A stretch of DNA of 64,000 bases. It comes from Candidatus Obscuribacteraceae bacterium. Lineage in GTDB: Bacteria; Cyanobacteriota; Vampirovibrionia; Obscuribacterales; Obscuribacteraceae. Positions 55,877-64,000 of this stretch are shown here, piece by piece; the stretch's first letter is position 1; each line of letters opens with the position of its first letter. The notes under the pieces were generated by a model. The model saw nothing but the letters and a program-made list of their open reading frames with translations. It made no database searches and had not been told where the DNA came from. The stretch is taken from positions 32,001 through 96,000 of the forward strand of contig JBGAHS010000003.1 in assembly GCA_044226015.1 (NCBI GenBank), written 5' to 3'. The translations under genes and the position numbers were made by a program.

Positions 55877-58861
55877 ATGGCAGGCGGACTAGACAAGGCA
55901 GAGCAGAGACGCGGCACCGACCATGAGGCAAGCGCTCAGGAAGCAAGGACTACCCTACAAGCAGAAAGCATGGAGAGCCGCTCGGGCAGCCGAGTCGGAA
56001 GCGATCAGGAAGCTGTAGTGCCATTAGATAAATTTGACATCAAGGTAACCCCAGCAGCGGACGGCACCGGCGTTTTAGACCTGAAACACACCAGCGGAAA
56101 AAATGCGTCACTAGTGGAAAAAATGAGTGTCGCCGGACAGTTGCTACAGGGAGCCGAGTACGCCGACCTCAAAGCAATTGTCGTACCCTATCGCACCGAT
56201 GCACTCGTCGTAGATAGGTCAAGCAACCCAACAGAACAAATAAGTCAGTTCAAAGGAATTGAACAGCGTCGCGAACAGCTCAAACCCGAAAAACAAATAG
56301 GAAAAGCTGATCAAATGAACATTCGACTCGAAAATGGAGTCGCAGAAATTAGCTATACAGGAAGTAAACCGGAAGCCGCTCTGAGATTTGCATTACGCGA
56401 ACCAAACGCAGTTAGATTGAATGTAAACGGCGTTGATATGGGATTGGTAGAACCGCTGGAAAAACGACTTGGACATAAACCGTCCAAACAAGAATTAAAG
56501 GAAGCTCTAGCGCAGCTCACCTCCGCAAAGAATGAGAGACCCGAGAGTGCTCCCGCAGCAGAGAAAGCCGCAGCTCCAGACATCGCTCCCGCACCAGAGA
56601 AAGACGCAGCTCCAGACATCGCTGCAGCACCAGAGAAAGCTGCAGCACCAGACATCGCTCCCGCACCAGAGAAAGCTGTAGCTCCAGACATCGCTCCCGC
56701 ACCAGATAAAGCCGCAGCTCCAGACATCGCTCCCGCACCAGATAAAGCTGCAGCACCAGACATCGCTCCCGCACCCGATAAAGCTGCAGCACCAGAAAGT
56801 GCTCCGGCAAAAGACAAAGCCGAAGAGAAAGCTCCACGTGCAAAGAGAGCAGACAAGGCTTCTGCCGCAAAGGAATCCACAAGCGAAACAACAGCGGACG
56901 CTGAAAAACCACCAGCTAGAAAAGCTAGGGCAGCAGAAAAATCGAAGCAAGCGGAGAAACCTGGCACCGGTGAAGAAGCACCAACAGAAGAGACCACTGT
57001 AAGAAAACGAAGCAGGCAGGGTCGCGGAAAGTCAGCTGAATCCACTTCAGGAAATGACGAGACCGCAAAAGAATCCAAGGCAGCACGTCAACGAGCACCA
57101 GAGAATGCGATCGCATCCGGCAAGACCGCGCCACCTCTTGCAATTGATGGCGCCGAACCTAAAGCAAGTAGACGCCGAACAAGAGCAGCTGCGCCAGCAA
57201 CCGAAGCAGCACCGACACCTTCACCTGCAGCGGAATCACCAAGTTTAGCGCTTGCTGGAGCGCCAGAAGCACCGCTTCCTCCAGAAGCAAAAACAACAGA
57301 CACACCGCTTCCAACCAACACCGCAGCAAATGGACCAGAAAGCAAAGCCACCACCGGCGAAACTCCTGCCCAACTTTCAATTGATGGTGCCGACAGTGGC
57401 AAAGCCGTAACTGGAATCATTTTAGGAGCCGAACCAACGCCAAGCGAATTGTTGGAATACTATGAGAAACGAGGAATCGCCCCACCGGAAGTGAAACTTG
57501 TCACCATAGATAGGGCTAGTGCCCCCCCAGAGCCGCACGAGGTAGAACTTTACAGTGAACTTCTCCTCTGGAACGCACCAGATGACCACTTGAAAGAGTC
57601 CGAGAAACAGCCTGAGCAAAAGCCACTAGGTTCGGCAAGCGAGGCACTACCCTCAGTGCTAATAGAGGATCCTTCACACCCCAACGAGCATGACACAGAG
57701 TTAGCAGCGCAAAATCCTCTCCGCTCACAAGACTCTCCTGCACAAGCAGAACCAGCAACCGACAGCAAATCTCAAACGGAAGGAAGCCAGCTAGTTGAAA
57801 CAAATGAACGATCAAGCACAGGAGACAGCATGCCAAATCAGAATAGAGAAAAGAATGCAGCCATCACCGATCGACCAATGACCACTTTCGCTGTGCGAAA
57901 CGAAAAAGTAGTTTTCGCTGACGGCACGGAAGTTCCTGCACGAATAGTCAATATCGAAGGACATGATGGCGAACGACGCTCACACCTTTTCATTGAGGAG
58001 TTTCCCGAGCAGAAGCAAGCAGCGAGTGGCGCTGAGCAACCGGCAGCTGACGCCGTTCAAGCACAAGAGCAATCCGCCAAAGGAGACGCAAAAACACAAG
58101 AAAGCAATGTGGAAAAATCAAGTCCGCAAGCCGAATCATTCCGCCAGGCACTGGGTTATACTCCAGTACAAAATGCAGATGGAACTGTAACGATGAAATT
58201 CGGTGGTGAGTCTGAAATACGTCCACTGGATCGAAAAGGACTGGTTGAGCGTGCCGGAGCAATTGAGGCGGAACTTTGGAGACGCCCAGTTAATGCTGAG
58301 TTCGAAGGTGCGACACCGGGGCAAATGCACAAGTACACCTTCAACCCACCACAAGAGCAAGCCGGTCCAAGATTTACATTAGGTGGAGTTCCAGTTGAGA
58401 TAATCACTCCGCCATTAGCGAGACCAGGTGTTTCCGATGAAACAGCGGCGATTCAACAAAGAGAATTCGTAGAACAGGTGATGAATCATCGAACACAAGA
58501 AGGTACAAACGAACCGGGGCAAGAAGTGCCTGCAATTAAAGAGGTTCCAGAATCAGCACAGCCACGCGAACGAAAAGCAGTCGCACCAAGCATTGTTACT
58601 CTAATGCGTGGCACTCCAGTTGAGTACCTGGCTCCCGAGATACAGGGACCATACGCTGACTCTGCAATTGCTCGTCCGAAAAATGCAGCAGAAATCGAAA
58701 GCAATATTGCAATGTACAGTGTGCACGAAACAGCACCTAGAGGATACGCCGAGCTGAAAGCTGAAGGCAAGAGAGCAATCTCAGCTGCAAAGGATAGAAT
58801 ATCAGCGCTCATGCTAGCCGCGTTCACGGCGATCGCGAAAAGCACTCAATACTCGCCTTAA
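55877..58861 (+). CDS. Large low-complexity (Ala/Pro/Glu-rich) hypothetical protein
   Basis: ~995-aa ORF; GGAG 9 nt before ATG at 55877; mostly disordered, with 13-aa repeats. Confidence 0.75.
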   Translation: MAGGLDKAEQRRGTDHEASAQEARTTLQAESMESRSGSRVGSDQEAVVPLDKFDIKVTPAADGTGVLDLKHTSGKNASLVEKMSVAGQLLQGAEYADLKAIVVPYRTDALVVDRSSNPTEQISQFKGIEQRREQLKPEKQIGKADQMNIRLENGVAEISYTGSKPEAALRFALREPNAVRLNVNGVDMGLVEPLEKRLGHKPSKQELKEALAQLTSAKNERPESAPAAEKAAAPDIAPAPEKDAAPDIAAAPEKAAAPDIAPAPEKAVAPDIAPAPDKAAAPDIAPAPDKAAAPDIAPAPDKAAAPESAPAKDKAEEKAPRAKRADKASAAKESTSETTADAEKPPARKARAAEKSKQAEKPGTGEEAPTEETTVRKRSRQGRGKSAESTSGNDETAKESKAARQRAPENAIASGKTAPPLAIDGAEPKASRRRTRAAAPATEAAPTPSPAAESPSLALAGAPEAPLPPEAKTTDTPLPTNTAANGPESKATTGETPAQLSIDGADSGKAVTGIILGAEPTPSELLEYYEKRGIAPPEVKLVTIDRASAPPEPHEVELYSELLLWNAPDDHLKESEKQPEQKPLGSASEALPSVLIEDPSHPNEHDTELAAQNPLRSQDSPAQAEPATDSKSQTEGSQLVETNERSSTGDSMPNQNREKNAAITDRPMTTFAVRNEKVVFADGTEVPARIVNIEGHDGERRSHLFIEEFPEQKQAASGAEQPAADAVQAQEQSAKGDAKTQESNVEKSSPQAESFRQALGYTPVQNADGTVTMKFGGESEIRPLDRKGLVERAGAIEAELWRRPVNAEFEGATPGQMHKYTFNPPQEQAGPRFTLGGVPVEIITPPLARPGVSDETAAIQQREFVEQVMNHRTQEGTNEPGQEVPAIKEVPESAQPRERKAVAPSIVTLMRGTPVEYLAPEIQGPYADSAIARPKNAAEIESNIAMYSVHETAPRGYAELKAEGKRAISAAKDRISALMLAAFTAIAKSTQYSP
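56545..56805 (+). repeat. In-frame 39-bp (13 aa) tandem repeat APE/DKAAAPDIAPA, ~6 copies
   Basis: Direct reading of the translation. Confidence 0.9.
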
Positions 58862-58956
58862 TCTCCACTTTGCACAATTAGACAGTCTTTATCTACGCTG
58901 AATTCACAGCCAATGCTTCACTATGAACCCATTGACTGTGATATCAGGACAAGGTT

Positions 58957-61900
58957 ATGGCAGAAAGTCACGACGGTGAAGAGTCTAGAAATCGCTTAAA
59001 GGAAACCTCAAAGCACGATGCTTCCGCAGCACTGCTAGAAGACACATTGCGCACCGATGGAGAGAAGAAAGAACAAAAGGAGAACTCTTCCGATCCTGCT
59101 CCAACCAAGTTGCCCGACGTCGAATTTAGTGACACAGAGAAGCAACTGATTGCAAAACACTACCAAAATGAAATACTTGCGCATTACGAGCAAATCTCCG
59201 ATTGGGAAAAGCAAAAAAGTTCAAGCGGTCCTCGAGAGCAATCCATTTCGCCACGTGCAGATCTGCAAAAAGAACTCGATAACAACACCTGGGGTGTCGC
59301 AAGCGAAAATGCACTAGCCGAATTCGTCGAATGGTTGAGAAAAGACGCTCTGCCCCAAAACTCACGCGAGCTCAAGGCCGCTGGACTCAAAGCTCAAGAC
59401 CAGAACCTCAACGCATTTACCAGTGATTTGAACTTCACAGGTGAGCCGCGAATTCCCAACAAAGCAGAAGTATTCAAAATTGAAACGCTCATTGATATTG
59501 GCAACCGGGCTACTGAGCAGATTCAACAAAATGTACAAGAGCAATCTTACCAGCGCGACCTGAAAAGAATTGGTGCAGGAATTCCAGCGAGCTGGAGTTT
59601 GACAGACGGACAAGACCCAGCAGATTACCGCATTGCACTGCGCCACGGTATTGCCTTCCATGACCGAGTATACTCAGCCGCGCTGATGGCTTATTCTCTC
59701 AACAAACTTGGTGAACATTTCGAACTTCCAGCTGGTGTCGAAGTAACTGAGCAGCAAGGCAAGCTCGATGTAAAAATTGATCTACCTGAGAGATTGAACC
59801 AGCTTAGCTTCGACTCCCGCGTTTCAGGATATAACGCTTGGGTCGATTCTATTAGCAATCGATTGAAAAAGGATGACGCAGCGTTGCGTGCAGCAGGCAG
59901 CAACCCGTTCTTAAACCTCAGCATCAGCAACACAACAATTTCAAAAGAAGTGAATGAAGATGGACAATTTCTATCGAAGCAAGTTCTCCTCGATGATGAT
60001 GGAAAGCTAATTCGTTTCGCCAGCTCAACAGAATCCACCAGGACAGTACAAACCAGTGCAGACATGAGCGCTCATAGATTTAGCGCCTGGCGCACTGAAG
60101 GGTCAAATCCTAACAGTGATGTCATTGCAGAAATTACTGTCCAAGCACAAGAAAGTCGCCCCGGCTATGATCTTCTAAACAAGGACATTGGAGATCCATT
60201 CAAACTAGTTCAAACGCTTAAGGCAGACGACCCTGTTGTGTACAACGGCAAGCTAATAAATGCCAGAGAGCTGCCAGAACTGGAACTGAAAGACAAAGCC
60301 TCGATGGCTGCACAAAAAGCGACGGACATAGGCTGGGATCTCTCAATGTTTGCCAGTGGACTCGGAACACTTGGAAAAATCAGAACCGGAGCCAGCTTCA
60401 TTGCCGAACAAACGGGGAAAGAGCTTGTTTCTGAGTTAGCTACGAAATCTACAGCGAATGGTCTTTCCGGCATGAACCTCGCAGCTGTACACGCAGCCAC
60501 CGAGACGCTGATGGGAGCAGGTGGATTTCTTGCGTCAAATACATGGGGTGAACAAAATGCAAACTGGATAAATTCAATTAGAGGAACATACTTCACAGCC
60601 AACATCTTTGGCTCTGCTGTGTCATCTCGCTTCAACCGCATACTGCACGGCACAGAGGAATTTCAGGCTTCGATTAACAAGACCGCACCAACCTGGTTGA
60701 AGCAAGCCAGCGACTTTTCCGCTATCTCCATGCAGGTATTGACACCACTTTCGGTGGCGCCAATGTTGTACGAAGCAGCAAAGCGCTACCAGGAAAATAA
60801 CAAAGAGCAGAAAGAGAAACACCAACTCAATCCTCTCATTATTGAAAGCAACGCCGCCGCAGGTTTGGATACAGCTGTTTCTCAAAATAGATCAAAAGCT
60901 CAAGTTGGCGAAATGAGCCTTGTCCAACAAAGTGCAATTCTCCAAGAAACACTGAATCATACAGAGCACCAATCAGACATAATGAATGCTCTATCCAACG
61001 CAGGGCGCCACACACCGCTGCGCTTGCTAGATAATTTGTATCAAGAGAAAATCAAATTAGAACAAGCACAAGAAAATGCAAACACAAACATATGGAACGA
61101 AAAAGCTAACTATTTTGGAAATAGCTATGACGACGTTCTAAAATCAATTGCTAAGTTCACTAAAGAGAATTCCGATGCCCAAGCAAAATCCGCATCAGCC
61201 CTGACGTATTTTTTCGCAAAGCAACTAGAAAACTCAACCGACAAAGCTCTCAGCTTCAACGCACAACTTGCACAGATCGACAACTTCAGATCAAAAATTG
61301 ACGAGCACAAAAATGACGCTGAAACAATTGAATTCAAACTGAATCTTGACCGCCTGGAGAATGAATCGCTAACTGAATTAGTGAAATACGAGTCAAAGAG
61401 ACACAACACGGCTCAGCAACTCAATCAAAACTTGCAAGCCATCCGCTCAGATGCTGTGCTCGCCGGAAAAACTGCAGAAAGCGTTTTAACTAATGCACTC
61501 GAAACACCAATTAACGATAGCGACAAAGACGACAGCATCTCAACCAGAGTCAACGCTGCCGAAACACTGCTCTTGCTAGGTAACAATGACACGGAATTGA
61601 GAGAAAGAGTAAGCAAAGCTCTTTCAGACTCAGTCAAGCTTGCAACAGCAGAACAGCTAATCCGAATAATTGATGTTACCAAAGCTGAGAACCTATCAGA
61701 TTTCACCGCAAACACTGATACTCAAACAAACATCTTAAACAGATTCCCATCCGCTGATGAAGCATCGAACTCCCCTCGAGCGCAAGCGCTCACAATAGAA
61801 ATTGCCAACCTGTACCCAAAATTCACAAACGAGCTCAAGGGTGAATTGCAATCACGGTTGATTAGCATCCTGGAGCACCAGTCATACAGCATAGGTTTAT

Positions 61901-63039
61901 CCAAGCTACAAAACCACGTTGCTGAAATAGCAGCTCAAGAGAAAATGACCATGCTGATTCCATCACTTGAAAAACTATCCGCGAACGACACTATTCCCCC
62001 ACAAACACGCGAAGCAGCAAGAAATAGCTTGCAAATTCTCAAAGAAATTACGCCCCAGACCATCGATACCAACAGCAGCGAAACTACGTTCAGCAGCCAG
62101 CTCGCCGAACAAAACAACGCAGAAACATCAAACAAAAATGAAACCATAACAGAAGGCTCGAAGCAACTAGCGCAAATCGAAGAGATTTTTCCACGACTGA
62201 AAACATTTAAGAATGAAGAAAGAGATGAGTTTCTAAAATCAAACGACCTTTCACTACTCATCCATGACGAATTCATAAAAGAAGCTCAACGCCGCGTGCA
62301 AAGCCGCTGGGGCAAGAAGAGCATGTTGGGCTTCGAAGCCAAAGAAGATCCACAAGTCACAATGCGGGCTCTACAAACAGAAAGAGAGTTTCAGTTTAAG
62401 CGCCTTGTTGACCGTGTAAAAAGCGCACCACTAGTCTCGGACGAATCTACAAAAACCCAAGTGGAATGCGCGAAACTGACCCTAGCCGAGATAGCAACAA
62501 ATGCGGGGCGACCAATCGAATCAGAACGAAAAGAATACATTCTCGCGGTGAATCATGATGCGGGTCAAATCGCAACATATTATTTCAATGAGTCAGCACT
62601 GGGTGAGCGAAATTGGCACAATGAAGCCGCTGAAGCACTAGCACAGTCAGCAGCAGCCATGCCACAACAGTTCAGCTTTGACGCCCACATATTGCATTCG
62701 CTTCTTTCTTCGAAAACCAATCTGAACGCAAACTCAATGTCCTCCATCTATACAGCATGGAACAAGATCTCCGGAAAAGGCGACGCTTACGGCGCAAGGT
62801 CAATTGACAAAGCACTAGTCAGAACAACCCTGCAAAATGCACTGGAATCCATCGATTCCTCCGCGTCAAAACTGCAAGCAGACCTGAGCAATGACGAGGA
62901 AGCGACAGCACACGCGCAAAGCATTTATTCCAGGATAGAACTGGCTGAAAGACGCCAACAGCAACATAGAGAACTCGAAGCTTTCAACAAGTTGCAAGCG
63001 CAAATCGTCGCCGCCCTTGCTTCACAGGAAAACCGATAG
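58957..63039 (+). CDS. Very large hypothetical protein (1360 aa) with central hydrophobic helices and HEAT-like helical repeats
   Basis: GWDLSMFASGLGTLG...LMGAGGFLA hydrophobic region; TRVNAAETLLLLG and TREAARNSLQIL HEAT-like helices. Confidence 0.8.
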   Translation: MAESHDGEESRNRLKETSKHDASAALLEDTLRTDGEKKEQKENSSDPAPTKLPDVEFSDTEKQLIAKHYQNEILAHYEQISDWEKQKSSSGPREQSISPRADLQKELDNNTWGVASENALAEFVEWLRKDALPQNSRELKAAGLKAQDQNLNAFTSDLNFTGEPRIPNKAEVFKIETLIDIGNRATEQIQQNVQEQSYQRDLKRIGAGIPASWSLTDGQDPADYRIALRHGIAFHDRVYSAALMAYSLNKLGEHFELPAGVEVTEQQGKLDVKIDLPERLNQLSFDSRVSGYNAWVDSISNRLKKDDAALRAAGSNPFLNLSISNTTISKEVNEDGQFLSKQVLLDDDGKLIRFASSTESTRTVQTSADMSAHRFSAWRTEGSNPNSDVIAEITVQAQESRPGYDLLNKDIGDPFKLVQTLKADDPVVYNGKLINARELPELELKDKASMAAQKATDIGWDLSMFASGLGTLGKIRTGASFIAEQTGKELVSELATKSTANGLSGMNLAAVHAATETLMGAGGFLASNTWGEQNANWINSIRGTYFTANIFGSAVSSRFNRILHGTEEFQASINKTAPTWLKQASDFSAISMQVLTPLSVAPMLYEAAKRYQENNKEQKEKHQLNPLIIESNAAAGLDTAVSQNRSKAQVGEMSLVQQSAILQETLNHTEHQSDIMNALSNAGRHTPLRLLDNLYQEKIKLEQAQENANTNIWNEKANYFGNSYDDVLKSIAKFTKENSDAQAKSASALTYFFAKQLENSTDKALSFNAQLAQIDNFRSKIDEHKNDAETIEFKLNLDRLENESLTELVKYESKRHNTAQQLNQNLQAIRSDAVLAGKTAESVLTNALETPINDSDKDDSISTRVNAAETLLLLGNNDTELRERVSKALSDSVKLATAEQLIRIIDVTKAENLSDFTANTDTQTNILNRFPSADEASNSPRAQALTIEIANLYPKFTNELKGELQSRLISILEHQSYSIGLSKLQNHVAEIAAQEKMTMLIPSLEKLSANDTIPPQTREAARNSLQILKEITPQTIDTNSSETTFSSQLAEQNNAETSNKNETITEGSKQLAQIEEIFPRLKTFKNEERDEFLKSNDLSLLIHDEFIKEAQRRVQSRWGKKSMLGFEAKEDPQVTMRALQTEREFQFKRLVDRVKSAPLVSDESTKTQVECAKLTLAEIATNAGRPIESERKEYILAVNHDAGQIATYYFNESALGERNWHNEAAEALAQSAAAMPQQFSFDAHILHSLLSSKTNLNANSMSSIYTAWNKISGKGDAYGARSIDKALVRTTLQNALESIDSSASKLQADLSNDEEATAHAQSIYSRIELAERRQQQHRELEAFNKLQAQIVAALASQENR

Positions 63040-63104
63040 CGCAAGTTGAATCTGCACAAAGCGCAAGATGATATCATGTGAGCTCCCTAACCAGGTGGTA
63101 AAAC

Positions 63105-64000
63105 ATGAAATCCTTTCTTCCCATAGCTTTGTCTCTTGGAATATTGGCTTCTTCAACAATGGCAATTTCGAAGGAATCAGTTTCTAACAAGGAGCCCAAG
63201 CAGAAGACAAGACTTGCTGCAAATGAAAGTCATCATTCGCTGGTTAATTGGGAAACCTGGACAGATGATCTGTTTCAGCGCGCAAAGAAAGAAAAGAAAT
63301 TGGTTGTGCTTGACCTCGAAGCTGTGTGGTGTCACTGGTGTCACGTGATGGACCAGAAAACATACTCAGACCCCGCTGTGGCAAAAGTAATGAAAGACCA
63401 CTTCATTGCAGTAAAAGTTGACCAGGACTCAAGACCTGATTTATCCAATCGATATGAAGACTACGGCTGGCCCGCAACAATATTTTTTGACTCAAATGGC
63501 AAAGAACTAGCCAAACGTGCCGGCTACATTGAAAAAGACGAGATGCTCACGCTTCTCGAATCACTTGTGAAAAATCCTGTTCCAGAAGAAAAGGAAGAAC
63601 AAAAAGCTGAAATCAAGTTTTCCACTGATGCAGCATTGAGTAAAGCAATTCGCAGCGAACTTCTGAGCAATCACAAGAAGTATTACGATAACAAGGAAGG
63701 TGGCTGGCAAACCAACCATAAATTCCTCGACGCCGACAGCATCGAACTCGCTTTAACGTTGGCAAAAGCCGGCGACAAAACAGAAGCACAGATGGCAAAA
63801 CAAACACTAACGCAACAGTTGAATCTGATTGATCCCATCTGGGGCGGCGTTTACCAGTACTCCACCAACAGCGACTGGAAGCATCAGCACTTCGAAAAAA
63901 TCATGACAGTCCAAAACGATAACTTGCGAATCTACTCGCTTGCCTATCTATACTTCAAGGACCCGCGCTTTCTAAAAGCCGCGGAAGATGTGGCCAAATA
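63105..64000 (+). CDS. Thioredoxin-domain protein of the YyaL/SSP411 (DUF255) family, partial (runs off the window end)
   Basis: Manual translation: signal-like MKSFLPIALSLGILAS, then VNWETW, AKKEKKLVVL, WCHWCHVMD, VKVDQDSRPDL, GWPATIF, DPIWGGVYQYS, HFEKIM. Confidence 0.9.
   Translation, partial: MKSFLPIALSLGILASSTMAISKESVSNKEPKQKTRLAANESHHSLVNWETWTDDLFQRAKKEKKLVVLDLEAVWCHWCHVMDQKTYSDPAVAKVMKDHFIAVKVDQDSRPDLSNRYEDYGWPATIFFDSNGKELAKRAGYIEKDEMLTLLESLVKNPVPEEKEEQKAEIKFSTDAALSKAIRSELLSNHKKYYDNKEGGWQTNHKFLDADSIELALTLAKAGDKTEAQMAKQTLTQQLNLIDPIWGGVYQYSTNSDWKHQHFEKIMTVQNDNLRIYSLAYLYFKDPRFLKAAEDVAK

Overview
Bacterial chromosomal window of moderate GC. The cyanobacteria-like gyrase A motifs, lack of photosynthesis genes and many large orphan proteins suggest a non-photosynthetic cyanobacterial relative (Vampirovibrionia/Melainabacteria, possibly Obscuribacterales); this is inference. 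Housekeeping genes (gyrA/parC-like, lysS, tkt, M1 aminopeptidase, sua5-purE-purK, GT2 plus epimerase) are interspersed with large signal-peptide-less orphan proteins. These orphans share an acidic N-terminal leader with a short helix and an LPx-hydrophobic-x-hydrophobic motif near residue 50-58, and carry hydrolytic or membrane-active cargo (two papain-like peptidases, an Amidase_3, an S51 cyanophycinase-like domain, a possible PD-(D/E)xK nuclease). This is my best candidate for an undescribed exported-effector system. Other highlights: (1) a duplicated histidine kinase whose halves are reciprocally degenerate, clustered with an MglB-less MglA GTPase and a NarL regulator; (2) an IS1595-derived protein with its DDE core replaced by a winged helix; (3) a high-GC M28 peptidase gene with a ~240-nt highly structured leader; (4) a dispersed GATCGGTACCGATC palindrome family; (5) a high density of unrelated intergenic and in-frame tandem repeats. 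I recognised no CRISPR array, tRNA or rRNA. All protein calls come from motif reading by eye, not database searches.
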